Below, in pieces: positions 1 through 10,917 of a DNA stretch of 64,000 bases. A program made the position numbers and the translations under genes. How positions within the stretch are numbered: position 1 is the stretch's first letter; each line of letters opens with the position of its first letter. The notes beneath the pieces were generated by a model. It saw only the letters and a list, made by a program, of their open reading frames with translations. It was not told where the DNA came from and searched no databases. The DNA comes from Nitrosopumilus sp. (GTDB taxonomy: Archaea > Thermoproteota > Nitrososphaeria > Nitrososphaerales > Nitrosopumilaceae), in contig OZ245003.1 of assembly GCA_965223425.1 (NCBI GenBank), positions 736,001 to 800,000 of the forward strand, given 5' to 3'.

Positions 1-2943
1 GCCGACTTTGCAACTGACATCACCACCTCTGATGAATACGAGGAAGGCACAATCCAAGACATTACAAACATTGAGAATCCATCCACCAGCATAAAATATT
101 ACGATACAACCAGGCAAGAGATTGCTTCCTTTAACGGAACAACACCCCCCCAGGCAGGAACCTATACCGTAGAGTATACCGTGTCTACCCCAGGATCGTC
201 CCCGCCCATAACCTACACCATCATAGAGACGGTGACTGCCACCACACCACCGGGTGACACCACACCACCGGGTGACACCACACGCCCCACAATCTCACTT
301 GTCGGCGACTCTGAGATTACAGTCGAGGAAGGCACTGTCTACGATGATCCCGGAGCCGAGTGCACAGACTTGCAGGATGACTCCCCCGAACTGGTGACAT
401 CCGGCTCAGTTGACACCTCCGAACCGGGCACCTACACGATAGAGTACACGTGCAAGGACGCTGCAGGCAACGAGTCAGAGACTGTTACCAGGACAGTCAC
501 CGTACCTGACACCACGCCTCCAACCTTTGCGGTAAACGGCAACACAGGCGACTTTGCGACGTCCCTGGCAGAAGGCCAGACCTACAGGAACGGCAAGATA
601 CAGAACATTACCGAGACTGGCAGCCCTCCGACTCGCACGGAGATAAGGTACTATAACGGCACCGGCGATGCCGCTGTCACCACTGCCGAAAACGAGATCG
701 ACTCCATTAACAATACCAGGCCTGCCATAGGACATTACACCATACAGTATACAGTCTCTGACTCGGCCGTTTCGCCAAACAACCACACAATCACAGAGGA
801 ACTCACCGTGCGCGCACCTGCCACGGTAACCATAGGGGCAATCGTCTCGACTACCGGCTCCATCTCGTCACTTGGCATACCTGCAAATGACACCATACAC
901 CTGGCAGTAAACGACTTTAACGACGATTACCTTGCGCCAAAGGAGGCCTTGTGGAGGCTTGCAGTATCTACATATGATGACGGGTCTGCCCCCGGGGACG
1001 CCATTGCAGCACTGGAACTGCTTGCAGGCAGCAACATAACCTCCATTGTGGGCCCCCTCACAAGCGATGCGCTGTCTGCAGTAAAGGGCCACGCCCTGTT
1101 TGACAATCCGCCAAGGCTTGTCATAAGCTACGCATCTACTGCGCCCACAGACGATCTCAAACAGAAAGACGACCGCGTCTTTAGGATCGTCCCTGACGAT
1201 TCCAATACAGTCAGGGCATACGTCAGCCTCTTTGAGGCAGACTCTGTTGATTACGTGATTCCGGTGTTCCGCAACGACGCGTGGGGGGTAGCACTGAACC
1301 GGATCCTTGCAGATGAAATTGATGATCATAACAATAACAACAACAACAAAATAACCGTACACGGCGGAATACTGTACAACCCTGACCCAATGTCATTTTC
1401 TGCCAACACAACGCTTGCCCTGCTAAATGACACGCTAAGTCGGGATTCCGTCAGTGAAAAGACCCCCGCAGTGGTGGTGTTCGGATTCAATGAGACCCTT
1501 GACATACTCAACGAGGCTGCAGCCACTGCGAATCTGCCTGCAGCAAAGTGGTACGGCAGCGACGCCGTGGCGCCATCAAAGCTGCTTGAGGGCAACACCC
1601 CACGGGACGAGAATCGCAAGACATTCCTTGAGCGCACCGACTATAACGTGCTCACCCTTGCAATAGACGAAAACGAGAAAAACAAGAGGATAGACCGCTC
1701 TGTGGACAACGCTGACGTGTACTCCTATGCGGCATATGACGCAGTATTCATACTCGGCACTGCCATACACCTCAACGGCGGCCCTGTAGGCAATGTGGTC
1801 AACGGGGGCCTGACTGACGCCATCGCGCAGGTGGCAGACAACACAAACAAACACTATACAGACCCTGCCATGGGCAACACCACGCTCAACGAGTACGGCG
1901 ACCTGCTGCAGGCTGATTACTTTGTCCTCTCCCTTGATGCAGGCAGCGGGACATCCTTTGAGCCAGAATTCAGGTATGATCACTCATCAGGCACCCTTGA
2001 GGGTCTTGTCTTGCTTGGCGGCGGCGGTGGCAGCAGCGGAGACGTCTCTGCCCCCTCAATCCGCACGGGCTTTGATGCAAACCAGTACCCCCTGATATAC
2101 GACAGGGTAAAGTACGACCATGACACGATCAACTCTCCCCACACTGCCACGATACGCGCAGGTAGCGGCGAAAAACTTCTCAGCACCCTCACAGTATACG
2201 AGAACGGCGGGGCGCAAAACGTCCGACACGTCGACATGTTTGTCGCACACAGCGGCAGGACAATACACAACGACGGCACGGAAACCCACGTTACCTACGA
2301 TTCGGGCAGCGTCCGTATAACTGATCCGCACGGCCTGATTGCCAGCGCCACGGTGGAGGCATCTGCCATTGATGCCACAAAGGCGCAGTTTGAGTTTGCC
2401 ATAACCTTTGCCAAGAAGGTTCCGCTCTCTGACGTGCTGTACCGCCTGTGGGACACCAGCAGAAACGCGCTTTACATCCACCTTGAGGACGCACTTGTGG
2501 TGTCTGAGGGAAGGAAAGGCGGCAGTAGCAGCGGAGGCGGAGGCGGAGGCGGCAGCAGTAGCAGCAGCAGTGCTGCCACCACAACCGCTGGCGGCAGCGG
2601 CAACGGCACAACCACAACAACAACCACCGCCGCCGCTGGCAACGGCACCGCAGCTGACACTGCAGACAAACAGCAACAACCACAACAACCCCGACAGGGC
2701 TTTACCGCAGAACAGCTTGCCACCCTAAAGCAGTGGGGCGGATTTGCGTCCCAGTCCGCATCTGACTCGCAGCTTTTAGCCCAGTTCGGAATAGAGGGCA
2801 CCAGCATCCCCCCATACTTTAAGCAGACAGCAAAGTGGTTCCTCGATGCAGATGACGGCGGCGGTGACGGCGGCAGCCTGACTGCGCAGGAGTTTGTCGC
2901 AGCGCTGTCGTACCTTGGGCAGCGCGGCCTGCTGCTAAACTGA
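1..2943 (+). CDS. Large surface/secreted protein (5' partial): Ig-like DUF5011-type repeats, branched-chain amino-acid-type periplasmic binding domain, thaumarchaeal C-terminal domain
   Basis: Frame is open from base 1. Contains 'DTTRPTISLVGDSEITVEEGTVYDDPGA..GTYTIEYT', 'IVGPLTS..ISYASTAP..VFRIVPDD' and C-terminal 'IPPYFKQTAKW..EFVAALSYL'; low-complexity G/S/T/N tracts. Confidence 0.8.
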   Translation, partial: ADFATDITTSDEYEEGTIQDITNIENPSTSIKYYDTTRQEIASFNGTTPPQAGTYTVEYTVSTPGSSPPITYTIIETVTATTPPGDTTPPGDTTRPTISLVGDSEITVEEGTVYDDPGAECTDLQDDSPELVTSGSVDTSEPGTYTIEYTCKDAAGNESETVTRTVTVPDTTPPTFAVNGNTGDFATSLAEGQTYRNGKIQNITETGSPPTRTEIRYYNGTGDAAVTTAENEIDSINNTRPAIGHYTIQYTVSDSAVSPNNHTITEELTVRAPATVTIGAIVSTTGSISSLGIPANDTIHLAVNDFNDDYLAPKEALWRLAVSTYDDGSAPGDAIAALELLAGSNITSIVGPLTSDALSAVKGHALFDNPPRLVISYASTAPTDDLKQKDDRVFRIVPDDSNTVRAYVSLFEADSVDYVIPVFRNDAWGVALNRILADEIDDHNNNNNNKITVHGGILYNPDPMSFSANTTLALLNDTLSRDSVSEKTPAVVVFGFNETLDILNEAAATANLPAAKWYGSDAVAPSKLLEGNTPRDENRKTFLERTDYNVLTLAIDENEKNKRIDRSVDNADVYSYAAYDAVFILGTAIHLNGGPVGNVVNGGLTDAIAQVADNTNKHYTDPAMGNTTLNEYGDLLQADYFVLSLDAGSGTSFEPEFRYDHSSGTLEGLVLLGGGGGSSGDVSAPSIRTGFDANQYPLIYDRVKYDHDTINSPHTATIRAGSGEKLLSTLTVYENGGAQNVRHVDMFVAHSGRTIHNDGTETHVTYDSGSVRITDPHGLIASATVEASAIDATKAQFEFAITFAKKVPLSDVLYRLWDTSRNALYIHLEDALVVSEGRKGGSSSGGGGGGGSSSSSSAATTTAGGSGNGTTTTTTTAAAGNGTAADTADKQQQPQQPRQGFTAEQLATLKQWGGFASQSASDSQLLAQFGIEGTSIPPYFKQTAKWFLDADDGGGDGGSLTAQEFVAALSYLGQRGLLLN

Positions 2944-2996
2944 GAAGACGCCAAAAGGCGCCACCTGCCCGTCAAAGACTGACGGCTTGCCGCAGA

Positions 2997-3403
2997 TCAC
3001 CGGGAACGCGGCCAGGATCCGCATTTATCTGACACGCAAGGTGTTATCAAACCCCCGCGGTCCACGGTTCTGATCCTGCAATCCGGATTGCGGCACATCA
3101 TCATCCCATATGCGCTGTTTTCCCTGGCCGTTCCAAACAGCAATGTTTTTTTCAAGGTCTTTGGCCGCAGTACTCCCGATGCTTTGCAGGCTGCCAAGAG
3201 GAGAGACTTTCCGCTGCAGAACCACACACGCCCAGAATCTGCAGGATCGAATCACTGGTTACAGTTCAGAGGAGAACCTGGTACTTTTGTGAAGACTTTC
3301 TCCAGCTATGAAATGAAATGTGCCCTAACTAAGGAACCACTTCTCATGTGCAGAACCAAACCGCTGATCTGTTCTCAGATTTGAGGCACATTTCGCTTAG
3401 TTG
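2997..3403 (-). pseudogene. ISH3-like IS remnant with one terminal repeat
   Basis: ACATTTCGCTTAGTTG at ~3388-3403 matches the CAGCTAAGCGAAATGT end family seen elsewhere in the window; degenerate transposase-like text including a 'DRG' motif. Confidence 0.5.
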
Positions 3404-3448
3404 TTGGTTGGAAAAACAATTAATTATGCAAACTGATTCATACAAATT

Positions 3449-4294
3449 ATGAGTTACGCCCATCCAGAAGTTTTAGTAGATACTGACTGGGTATCACAAA
3501 ATCCTCCCAACGAACATAGGAAATTAGTTGAGGTTGACTATGATCCTGTAAACGGATATCAAAAAGGCCACATTAATGGCGCCAGTCTTATCTGGTGGAA
3601 ACGTGACATCAATGATCCAGTTACACGAGATATTATTGGTAAAAAACAATTTGAAGCATTAATGTCAAAAAACGGAATTACTTCAGACAGCGAGGTCATT
3701 CTTTATGGTGATTTTAACAACTGGTTTGCAGCATTTGTTTTCTGGGTTTTCAAATATTATGGACATGAAAACCTAAAGATTATGAACGGTGGAAGAAAAA
3801 AATGGGAGTTAGAAAGTAAGGACTACACTACTGATGAACCACAAACTGCTTCAACAACATACAACGCACAACCTCCCGACGAGGGATTACGTGCTTATCT
3901 GTTTGATGTTAGTAGAGCATTAGGAAAAGAAGACACTGTAATGGTTGATGTAAGATCTCCTGCTGAATTTTCTGGCGAAATTACTGCTCCTCCAGAATAC
4001 CCGATGGAGCATGCACAAAGAGGCGGACACATTCCTAACGCAAACAACGTTCCATGGGCAACTGCAGTAAATGATGCTGATGGAACATTCAAAGCAGTTG
4101 AAGAATTAAAACAAAACTATGAACCAAAAGGTGTAACTCCGGACAAAGATGTAATCTGTTACTGTAGAATTGGAGAAAGATCATCACACAGCTGGTTTGT
4201 TTTAAAATATCTATTGGGATACTCCAAAGTTCGAAACTATGACGGTTCTTGGACTGAATGGGGAAACATGATAGGAAATCCCGTGGAAAAATAA
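3449..4294 (+). CDS. Thiosulfate sulfurtransferase (tandem rhodanese)
   Basis: 'YCRIGERSS' active site and 'YDGSWTEWG' signature. Confidence 0.95.
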   Translation: MSYAHPEVLVDTDWVSQNPPNEHRKLVEVDYDPVNGYQKGHINGASLIWWKRDINDPVTRDIIGKKQFEALMSKNGITSDSEVILYGDFNNWFAAFVFWVFKYYGHENLKIMNGGRKKWELESKDYTTDEPQTASTTYNAQPPDEGLRAYLFDVSRALGKEDTVMVDVRSPAEFSGEITAPPEYPMEHAQRGGHIPNANNVPWATAVNDADGTFKAVEELKQNYEPKGVTPDKDVICYCRIGERSSHSWFVLKYLLGYSKVRNYDGSWTEWGNMIGNPVEK

Positions 4295-4295
4295 A

Positions 4296-4613
4296 TTGCT
4301 TTTAGACCTTCCTGTTCTTAAGAAGGGCTCTTTTTATTTTATCAAAGACGGCAATGCCGATTTTATCATGGAGGACAAAACCAAGCGAGGGCTTGCAGTT
4401 AAGGAGACATCAATTGATGAAAAACTGAACGTAAGAGCCGACAAGGGAATGATCCATGATATGGATGGAATTGGGCATTGGGTTCCTATCAGATGGTATT
4501 TCCCTAAGGGTTCCCATGATCTCTCCCAGATAGCAGAACATGCCGAAGCGATGGAAGAAAAATACACTAAACTTAGAGAACTCACGTGCCCTGACGATGA
4601 TGATGACGACTGA
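4296..4613 (+). CDS. Hypothetical protein
   Basis: ORF tightly coupled to the rhodanese gene; core-like composition. Confidence 0.75.
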   Translation: MLLDLPVLKKGSFYFIKDGNADFIMEDKTKRGLAVKETSIDEKLNVRADKGMIHDMDGIGHWVPIRWYFPKGSHDLSQIAEHAEAMEEKYTKLRELTCPDDDDDD

Positions 4614-4649
4614 TAACCTTTTTAAATAAATTAGAGCTAGAAAAATCAA

Positions 4650-5597
4650 ATGTCATTACTGTTAAAAGATCGAGTTTGGTCAATGGAGGCCCCGACTGCA
4701 AAACGCGGTGTTTATCCACTGCATGGATACAAAATTGGGCTTTATCGATTACCAATCACACTTGAGGATCCGGCGGAACTAAAGTCGGTTCATGATGGCC
4801 TCAAAAAGGCATTTGAAATGGACATGTATGCAGATAGAATTTTTGCAACATACAGTTGGAAAGAACAAAACATGAAAGATCCGGATGCAAAAGGATACGA
4901 GGAAGTTGACCTGTCCGTTACAGTAGAAATTGTCACCGGAGAAGTCGTTGATATCATTTATCAAATTTTCCCAATTGAAAAATTTGGTGACCCAAACTGG
5001 GTCAAAAATTATAGAAAAAAGGCAGATCATTTTGCAAAAATGGTAATTGATACCGTTTTACGTAATACCATCTTGGCTGACAAGATGGTTTCCTACTATG
5101 TTAAAACTGAAAAAATTTCCGAAGTTGCCGCTATTCAAAAACTTGAAGAGCTTACGCCATTGGCAAAAATTGTCCTTGGCGCAAAAGCAAAAGCTGTTGA
5201 AGTAACAGAAGATGAGGATGAAGAAGATGACGGTACAATTGAAATTCCAGATGGCGCCAAACCTGGCCCAATCGACGTTGAGTATAAATCAAAACTGAAA
5301 GCATCTGCGTCATACGAGGCCCCTGAACACACAATCAAGACTTGGGGAAGAAAGGGCACAAGCAACGGAATCATGGGAGTTTGGGGGGAGTTTGTTTCAG
5401 TAGACTATGATATTTGTATTGCAGACGGTGGATGCATTGAGGCATGCCCAGTGGCTGTTTACGAGTGGTTTGATACTCCGGGAAACCCTGGATCAGAGAA
5501 GAAACCGTTGATGTCCAAAGAACCTGACTGTATCTTTTGCCTTGCATGTGAGGGTGTTTGTCCGCCACAGGCAATCAAGATCTATGAGCAAAAATAG
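4650..5597 (+). CDS. Protein with C-terminal 2x[4Fe-4S] ferredoxin domain
   Basis: 'CIADGGCIEACP' and 'CIFCLACEGVCP'. Confidence 0.9.
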   Translation: MSLLLKDRVWSMEAPTAKRGVYPLHGYKIGLYRLPITLEDPAELKSVHDGLKKAFEMDMYADRIFATYSWKEQNMKDPDAKGYEEVDLSVTVEIVTGEVVDIIYQIFPIEKFGDPNWVKNYRKKADHFAKMVIDTVLRNTILADKMVSYYVKTEKISEVAAIQKLEELTPLAKIVLGAKAKAVEVTEDEDEEDDGTIEIPDGAKPGPIDVEYKSKLKASASYEAPEHTIKTWGRKGTSNGIMGVWGEFVSVDYDICIADGGCIEACPVAVYEWFDTPGNPGSEKKPLMSKEPDCIFCLACEGVCPPQAIKIYEQK

Positions 5598-5650
5598 TCG
5601 CAATTTCTTGCAAGTATAAATAGCAAATAGTAATTCTGAGAAATTAGAAC

Positions 5651-7714
5651 ATGTCGGCTAACCCTTTCACCCAAATTGTATTTGATCTGTTTATTATTTC
5701 AGCTGTAATAATCACTGCGTATACCTGTAATTTTTACTATCTTGCATTTCTTTCTCGAAAAAGAAGAGACGCTGTATCTACAACTGATTTAGGAACCCCG
5801 TCAATTACAGTACAGCTGCCAATTTACAATGAAAAGTATGTTGCAAAACGACTTGTAGATTCTGTGTGCAACCTGGATTACCCAAAGGAGAAGATGAGAA
5901 TTATGGTACTGGATGATTCTGATGATGATACTGCGGAATTGCTTAGAGGTACAGTTGATGATTACAAGAAGCAAGGGTTTCAAATTGAACATGTTAGACG
6001 TGGAACCAGAAAAGGGTACAAGGCAGGCGCGCTCAAATACGCCATGCAGACAACTGATACGGAGCTTGTTGCAATTTTTGACGCTGATTTTATTCCCCCT
6101 GAATGGTTTCTCAAAAGAGCAATCCCTCACTTTTCAAAACCAAATATTGGCCTGATTCAATGTAGGTGGGGACATGTAAATGAAAACTATTCTGCAATCA
6201 CCCAAGCACAGGCACTAAGCCTTGACTTTCATTTTCTCATAGAACAAAAGGCAAAAAGCAATTCCCATTTGTTCATGAATTTCAATGGGACTGCCGGAAT
6301 CTGGAAGCGTAGTTGTATTGAGGACGCAGGCGGTTGGCATTCTGCTACGCTAGTTGAAGACCTTGATCTCAGCTACAGGGCACAAATGAAAGGATGGAAG
6401 TGTGTTTTCCTACCTGATATTGTAGTTAATGCAGAACTGCCTGTCCAGATGAACGCAGCTAAAAGACAACAGTTTCGTTGGGCCAAAGGCTCTATTCAGT
6501 GTGCCATAAAACTACTTGTCGCTATTGCAATCAAACGTAAGGTGGCAGTTGAGGCCAAGGTTCAGGCCTTCATTCAATTAACTCGCCATATTGTTTACCC
6601 ATTAATGCTAATCCAGTTTTTGGCGTTACCAGTTTTGCTGGCAGCACAAATCAACCTCTATGTGGTAAGCTTTATTCCTGCTATAACAATTGCAACGTAT
6701 CTTGCAATGGGACCTGGTGCATACATTATGATTATACAAAGCATGTATCACAAGTCATGGAAATCTAAAGCAAAGATACTGCCTGCTTTGCTAGTCTATA
6801 ACGCTGGAATGTCAGTAAACAATACTGTTGCCGTGTTTGATGCAGTGTTTGGAAAGAAAAACGAGTTTCTTAGAACCCCAAAATATGGAATTATTACAAA
6901 AGAGGATGATTGGAGGAACAAAGCATACAATCTGCCGTTTACGCAAACCACCCTTTTGGAGATATTTTTTGGCGTATATGGAATAATGGGAATCTTTGTT
7001 GCAATATTTTCAAACAATCCCATTTTTGTTCCCATCATCGCGCTTCAGGCAGTTGGGTTTTTCTTTATTGCCTACATGAGCCTGTCCCATACACGATTTA
7101 AAAGAAATAAATCAAGCGTCCATCATGCGGTGACTAAGAACGAGAAGATGGCTAACATTATCTACAAACTTTCTATGGTCGGTATTGCCGCAATTATTGT
7201 TTTTGGAGGATACATGGCAATTACTGGCTACCATGCTGATGTCTATCCACTTGACCTGATGAGGGGGTACATGACTGCAATAATTGGCTCATCTGATCCT
7301 GCCGCAATTCGCGCTAGTTTGGTGGCAACCCAGGCACAGTTGGACATAGTTTTAGAAAAACTGCCTGAGACAACAAGTGTTAGCGGTGCAATTTCTAAAA
7401 ATCCGGTATGGCTGTTTCCTACAGAATCCACCAATTTCCTTAGAATACAAAATGATGTAAACACCATGATGGCAAGCGTTGAAAAAATATCAACTGTTCC
7501 AAGGGACAGCTCTGCATATCATACTGGAATGCTGGATGTCAATGACAGGGCCATGTCCTTGAGAGTAGACATTATGGATGCCACTCCATACATGTATGTG
7601 CAAATTCAAAACATTATGTTCAGCGCAGTTTGGATTGTTGCCATCATATTCATATTTGCTGCACTAAAACGAAAGAAAGATCAACTCAAAGAAGTTGATG
7701 AATCTGGAGTTTAA
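5651..7714 (+). CDS. Membrane glycosyltransferase family 2 (cellulose-synthase-like)
   Basis: 'DDS', 'KAGAL', 'FDADF', 'EDLD' and 'QQFRW' motifs; several TM segments. Confidence 0.92.
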   Translation: MSANPFTQIVFDLFIISAVIITAYTCNFYYLAFLSRKRRDAVSTTDLGTPSITVQLPIYNEKYVAKRLVDSVCNLDYPKEKMRIMVLDDSDDDTAELLRGTVDDYKKQGFQIEHVRRGTRKGYKAGALKYAMQTTDTELVAIFDADFIPPEWFLKRAIPHFSKPNIGLIQCRWGHVNENYSAITQAQALSLDFHFLIEQKAKSNSHLFMNFNGTAGIWKRSCIEDAGGWHSATLVEDLDLSYRAQMKGWKCVFLPDIVVNAELPVQMNAAKRQQFRWAKGSIQCAIKLLVAIAIKRKVAVEAKVQAFIQLTRHIVYPLMLIQFLALPVLLAAQINLYVVSFIPAITIATYLAMGPGAYIMIIQSMYHKSWKSKAKILPALLVYNAGMSVNNTVAVFDAVFGKKNEFLRTPKYGIITKEDDWRNKAYNLPFTQTTLLEIFFGVYGIMGIFVAIFSNNPIFVPIIALQAVGFFFIAYMSLSHTRFKRNKSSVHHAVTKNEKMANIIYKLSMVGIAAIIVFGGYMAITGYHADVYPLDLMRGYMTAIIGSSDPAAIRASLVATQAQLDIVLEKLPETTSVSGAISKNPVWLFPTESTNFLRIQNDVNTMMASVEKISTVPRDSSAYHTGMLDVNDRAMSLRVDIMDATPYMYVQIQNIMFSAVWIVAIIFIFAALKRKKDQLKEVDESGV

Positions 7715-9159
7715 GGAATATTTAGATCCCCCCTAATTTCATCCACTGCCCTAATTCCGTAGATGTCTCTTATTTGCTGGATTCTTACGGCCTCTTTTAG
7801 CATGTCCCTTCCAATTGCATTGGTTAGAATTGAATAAACATCACCAAATCGGATTTCCCATTTGTCTGCACAGTCTAAAATTTTACTTACCGCCCACTGT
7901 CTTACTTCGTGAGGCAACGGAATTCTTTCACCGGACTCGATTGAAATTCTATCAAACAGGTTAACAATATCTGCAGTCTGCGCTGCCATCTTTTCAAGAT
8001 CTTTTGAATCTCCATATTTTGACTCTGCATTCATTCTGATGTTTGATTGATACTCTGAGAGCTTTAACAGAGCCATCATCTCTTTTGACGAATCACTTGA
8101 TGTCTTGTTAGTAACGTTTTTGACTGATTGTAACTCCTCAAATAATCTTTCAGATTTTTTATGAAATTCTGCAGTAGATGCATCCTGCCTTTTTATGATA
8201 TCTGAAACCGAAGCCATTTTTTCTTCAATTTTGCTTATTTTGCCTTCAAGTTCTTTGACTGATTCTGCGCTCAATCCTTCTACAGAACTGGCCTTTGATG
8301 CGATCGTGTCAAACTGTTGCTTGAGCCCATCAATTACCCCTCCCAACGAATCAATTTTTGATGCCTTGGATGATATGGCGTCAATTGTCACCTTGATTGC
8401 ATTTAATTCCGCGTTAAGGTTTGTCCCGTCCCAAGATGATCCCTCAACGATTCTTCCAAGTTCTTGTTTAAGACTTTCAATAATCTGAGATCCTGCCTCT
8501 AGTTTTCCCGTCTTTCCTGAAATCTCATCTATGCTGGTTTTTAGTCTGTCTATTTCAGAACCGACTTCTACCACCGAATCTGTCTTTCCAGAAACCTTCT
8601 TGAGCTCATCTCTTACTTCATCAATTCTTTGTGCAATTTTAATAATCATCTCCGAATTGTTTTTAATCGAGTGTACACTGTCTTCTACCTGTTTGGATAG
8701 CTCTGCAGATTTTGATGCCTTTTGTAACTCAGAAACTCTGTTAACTTCTTGCTGTAGTTTGTCAGTTTGACTGTTAATCTTATTTATCAGGTTAGATTGC
8801 GTTCTTACTTGATTTAACCCTGCATACAATTTTTGCGTGTCCTCTTCTATGATGTTGATCTGTTTTGATTGTTTTTGTATGTGCTCTAGTGTCGATGTTA
8901 GCGTATCTATCATCCCCTTCATTGATACTAGGACTTTTTGATTATCCCCAAAAATTCTTGACATTGCCTTGATCTCTTTTTGTAATGCCTTGTTGGAATC
9001 TGAAACTGATGCCACTTTCTTAAGCAATGCCGATGAGCTTGGCCCTCTGGCGGCTTTTTTTGTTCCCTTTGCTGCTTTCTTAAGCAATGCCGATGAGCTT
9101 GGCCCTCTGGCGGCTTTTTTTGTTCCCTTTGCTGCTTTCTTCTTGGTTTTAGCGGCCAT
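7711..9159 (-). CDS. Coiled-coil protein with Lys/Ala-rich N-terminus
   Basis: Long heptad-rich ORF. Confidence 0.8.
   Translation of the reverse strand: MAAKTKKKAAKGTKKAARGPSSSALLKKAAKGTKKAARGPSSSALLKKVASVSDSNKALQKEIKAMSRIFGDNQKVLVSMKGMIDTLTSTLEHIQKQSKQINIIEEDTQKLYAGLNQVRTQSNLINKINSQTDKLQQEVNRVSELQKASKSAELSKQVEDSVHSIKNNSEMIIKIAQRIDEVRDELKKVSGKTDSVVEVGSEIDRLKTSIDEISGKTGKLEAGSQIIESLKQELGRIVEGSSWDGTNLNAELNAIKVTIDAISSKASKIDSLGGVIDGLKQQFDTIASKASSVEGLSAESVKELEGKISKIEEKMASVSDIIKRQDASTAEFHKKSERLFEELQSVKNVTNKTSSDSSKEMMALLKLSEYQSNIRMNAESKYGDSKDLEKMAAQTADIVNLFDRISIESGERIPLPHEVRQWAVSKILDCADKWEIRFGDVYSILTNAIGRDMLKEAVRIQQIRDIYGIRAVDEIRGDLNIP
9021..9140. repeat. Exact 60-bp tandem duplication (20 aa)
   Basis: 9021-9080 is identical to 9081-9140. 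Confidence 0.95.
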
Positions 9160-9220
9160 ACAAATCCAATTAAAAATTTAATAATAAAAAAGTTAGGTCT
9201 AAAATAAAAAATGTAAAGAG

Positions 9221-9328
9221 TTACTTGTTTACAACTTCAGGTTCATGAAGTAACTCATGAAAGGTCTTTTCGGCCAATCCATTTGCTGTCTCAATAAACC
9301 CTTTTGGACAGTATTCACATTGAATCAT
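9221..9328 (-). CDS. 35-aa C2H2-like zinc-finger microprotein
   Basis: MIQCEYCPKGFIETANGLAEKTFHELLHEPEVVNK (CxxC..HxxxH); below the ORF-track cutoff. Confidence 0.65.
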   Translation of the reverse strand: MIQCEYCPKGFIETANGLAEKTFHELLHEPEVVNK

Positions 9329-9573
9329 GTAGTACGGTATGGTACCGTACTATTAATACTCAGGTAATTACGACGTAACCAATTATGCAGTCAGATACCC
9401 CAGGGTCATATCTCTACATTTTATTCAGTTGACCTAATCATCACTCTGCACTTGGATTGTGGCTACTAAGCATAAAGAGGTTAAACATTGAGAATTCCTG
9501 AGCCTGTCTAACTGTTCAATATATTTGTGATTTTGTTTCTAAATTTTTGATGAGCAATCATTTTTAAACAATT

Positions 9574-10917
9574 TTGTTAAATGATAACATGCAAAACCTT
9601 CCCCTTCAATTAGATTCAAGTGGAATTCAAACCTCTCTTAACAATACTGTCAGTAGTTTGATAGAACAAATTACTCCTGAATTGCCTCACACAAGTTTCG
9701 TCACTGATTTGGCATTTATCATGATTATTGGTGCCGTTGTTACACTTGCATTTTTCAAAATAAAACAACCATTGATCATTGGCTATCTTTTTGCAGGAAT
9801 GCTAATTGGGCCACTATCTCCATTTTGGTCATGGGTTTTACCTGAAGGCGGCCCCCCTACTGACGTGCTTGAAGGTGTAGGAATTTTATCTGATATCTCT
9901 GCGTTGAATCTTTTTGCCGAAATTGGTGTTATTTTACTTCTTTTTGTAATTGGTATTGAATTCCCATATGCGAAAATCAAAAGTATTGGACGTGTAGCTG
10001 TTGGAGTTGGAACTATAGGCTTGCTTTCAACATTAGGTGTCATATTTTATACTGCCGGCGCACTTGGAATGAGCTTCATGGATTCGCTGTTTATTGCAGC
10101 TGCGTTGTCCATATCAAGTACAGCGATTATTGTCAAAATTTTAGAAGAGATGGGGAAAATCAAAAAAGAATCTTCAATACTTGTTTTGGGTATTTTGATT
10201 GTAGAGGACGTAATTGCTGTTATCTTAATTTCTACGTTACAATCTGTTGCATTAGTTGGAACTGTTTCAATAGAATCTATTATTGTGGTAGTAGTAGTTG
10301 CCATCGGTTTGATTGTTGGAACATTTACTGTTGGAACACGTGTAATCCCCCCATTGATTGATAGAGTTGCAACAGCAGAACATCGTGAAATTTTGTTACT
10401 TAGCCTACTAGGCGTCTGTTTTGGATATGCCCTGTTGGCAAACATTGTGGGATTGTCTGTTGCAATTGGAGCATTTCTTGCAGGTGTATTGGTTGCCGAA
10501 TCCAAATCAGCTGAAGTTGCAAAGCTGCTTTCAAGCCCAATTAAGGACATGTTTGTGGCCATATTTTTCATATCTGTAGGCGCATTGATGGATATCTCCC
10601 AACTTGAAAATTACATCTTTGTGGCTATCGCACTAATTGCAGTTGCCACTGGCATGAAGTTTGGAGGCAATATGATTGGAAATATAATATTTAGGCAAAG
10701 GCGTGGAAAGGCGCTTCGCTCTGCATTTACCTTAGCTGCACCTAGGGGCGAATTCTCCATTGTAATTGTAAAGGTGGGCGTCGATATAGGTGCCGTTAGC
10801 TCTTTCCTGTTCCCATTGATAGGTATTATCTCTATAATCACCGCATTTATTTCCCCATTTTTGATAAAAGCCGGTGATAAAATAATCCCGGCATTGGAAA
10901 AGAAAGAAAATGTCTGA
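9574..10917 (+). CDS. CPA2-family cation:proton antiporter
   Basis: 'SISSTAIIVK', 'LIVED' and 'PRGEFS' motifs; many TM helices. Confidence 0.92.
   Translation: MLNDNMQNLPLQLDSSGIQTSLNNTVSSLIEQITPELPHTSFVTDLAFIMIIGAVVTLAFFKIKQPLIIGYLFAGMLIGPLSPFWSWVLPEGGPPTDVLEGVGILSDISALNLFAEIGVILLLFVIGIEFPYAKIKSIGRVAVGVGTIGLLSTLGVIFYTAGALGMSFMDSLFIAAALSISSTAIIVKILEEMGKIKKESSILVLGILIVEDVIAVILISTLQSVALVGTVSIESIIVVVVVAIGLIVGTFTVGTRVIPPLIDRVATAEHREILLLSLLGVCFGYALLANIVGLSVAIGAFLAGVLVAESKSAEVAKLLSSPIKDMFVAIFFISVGALMDISQLENYIFVAIALIAVATGMKFGGNMIGNIIFRQRRGKALRSAFTLAAPRGEFSIVIVKVGVDIGAVSSFLFPLIGIISIITAFISPFLIKAGDKIIPALEKKENV

Noticed and set aside
475-2975. Many antisense or overlapping ORFs here and within IS elements
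   Set aside because: They are shadow frames of GC-rich genes with no recognisable motifs.
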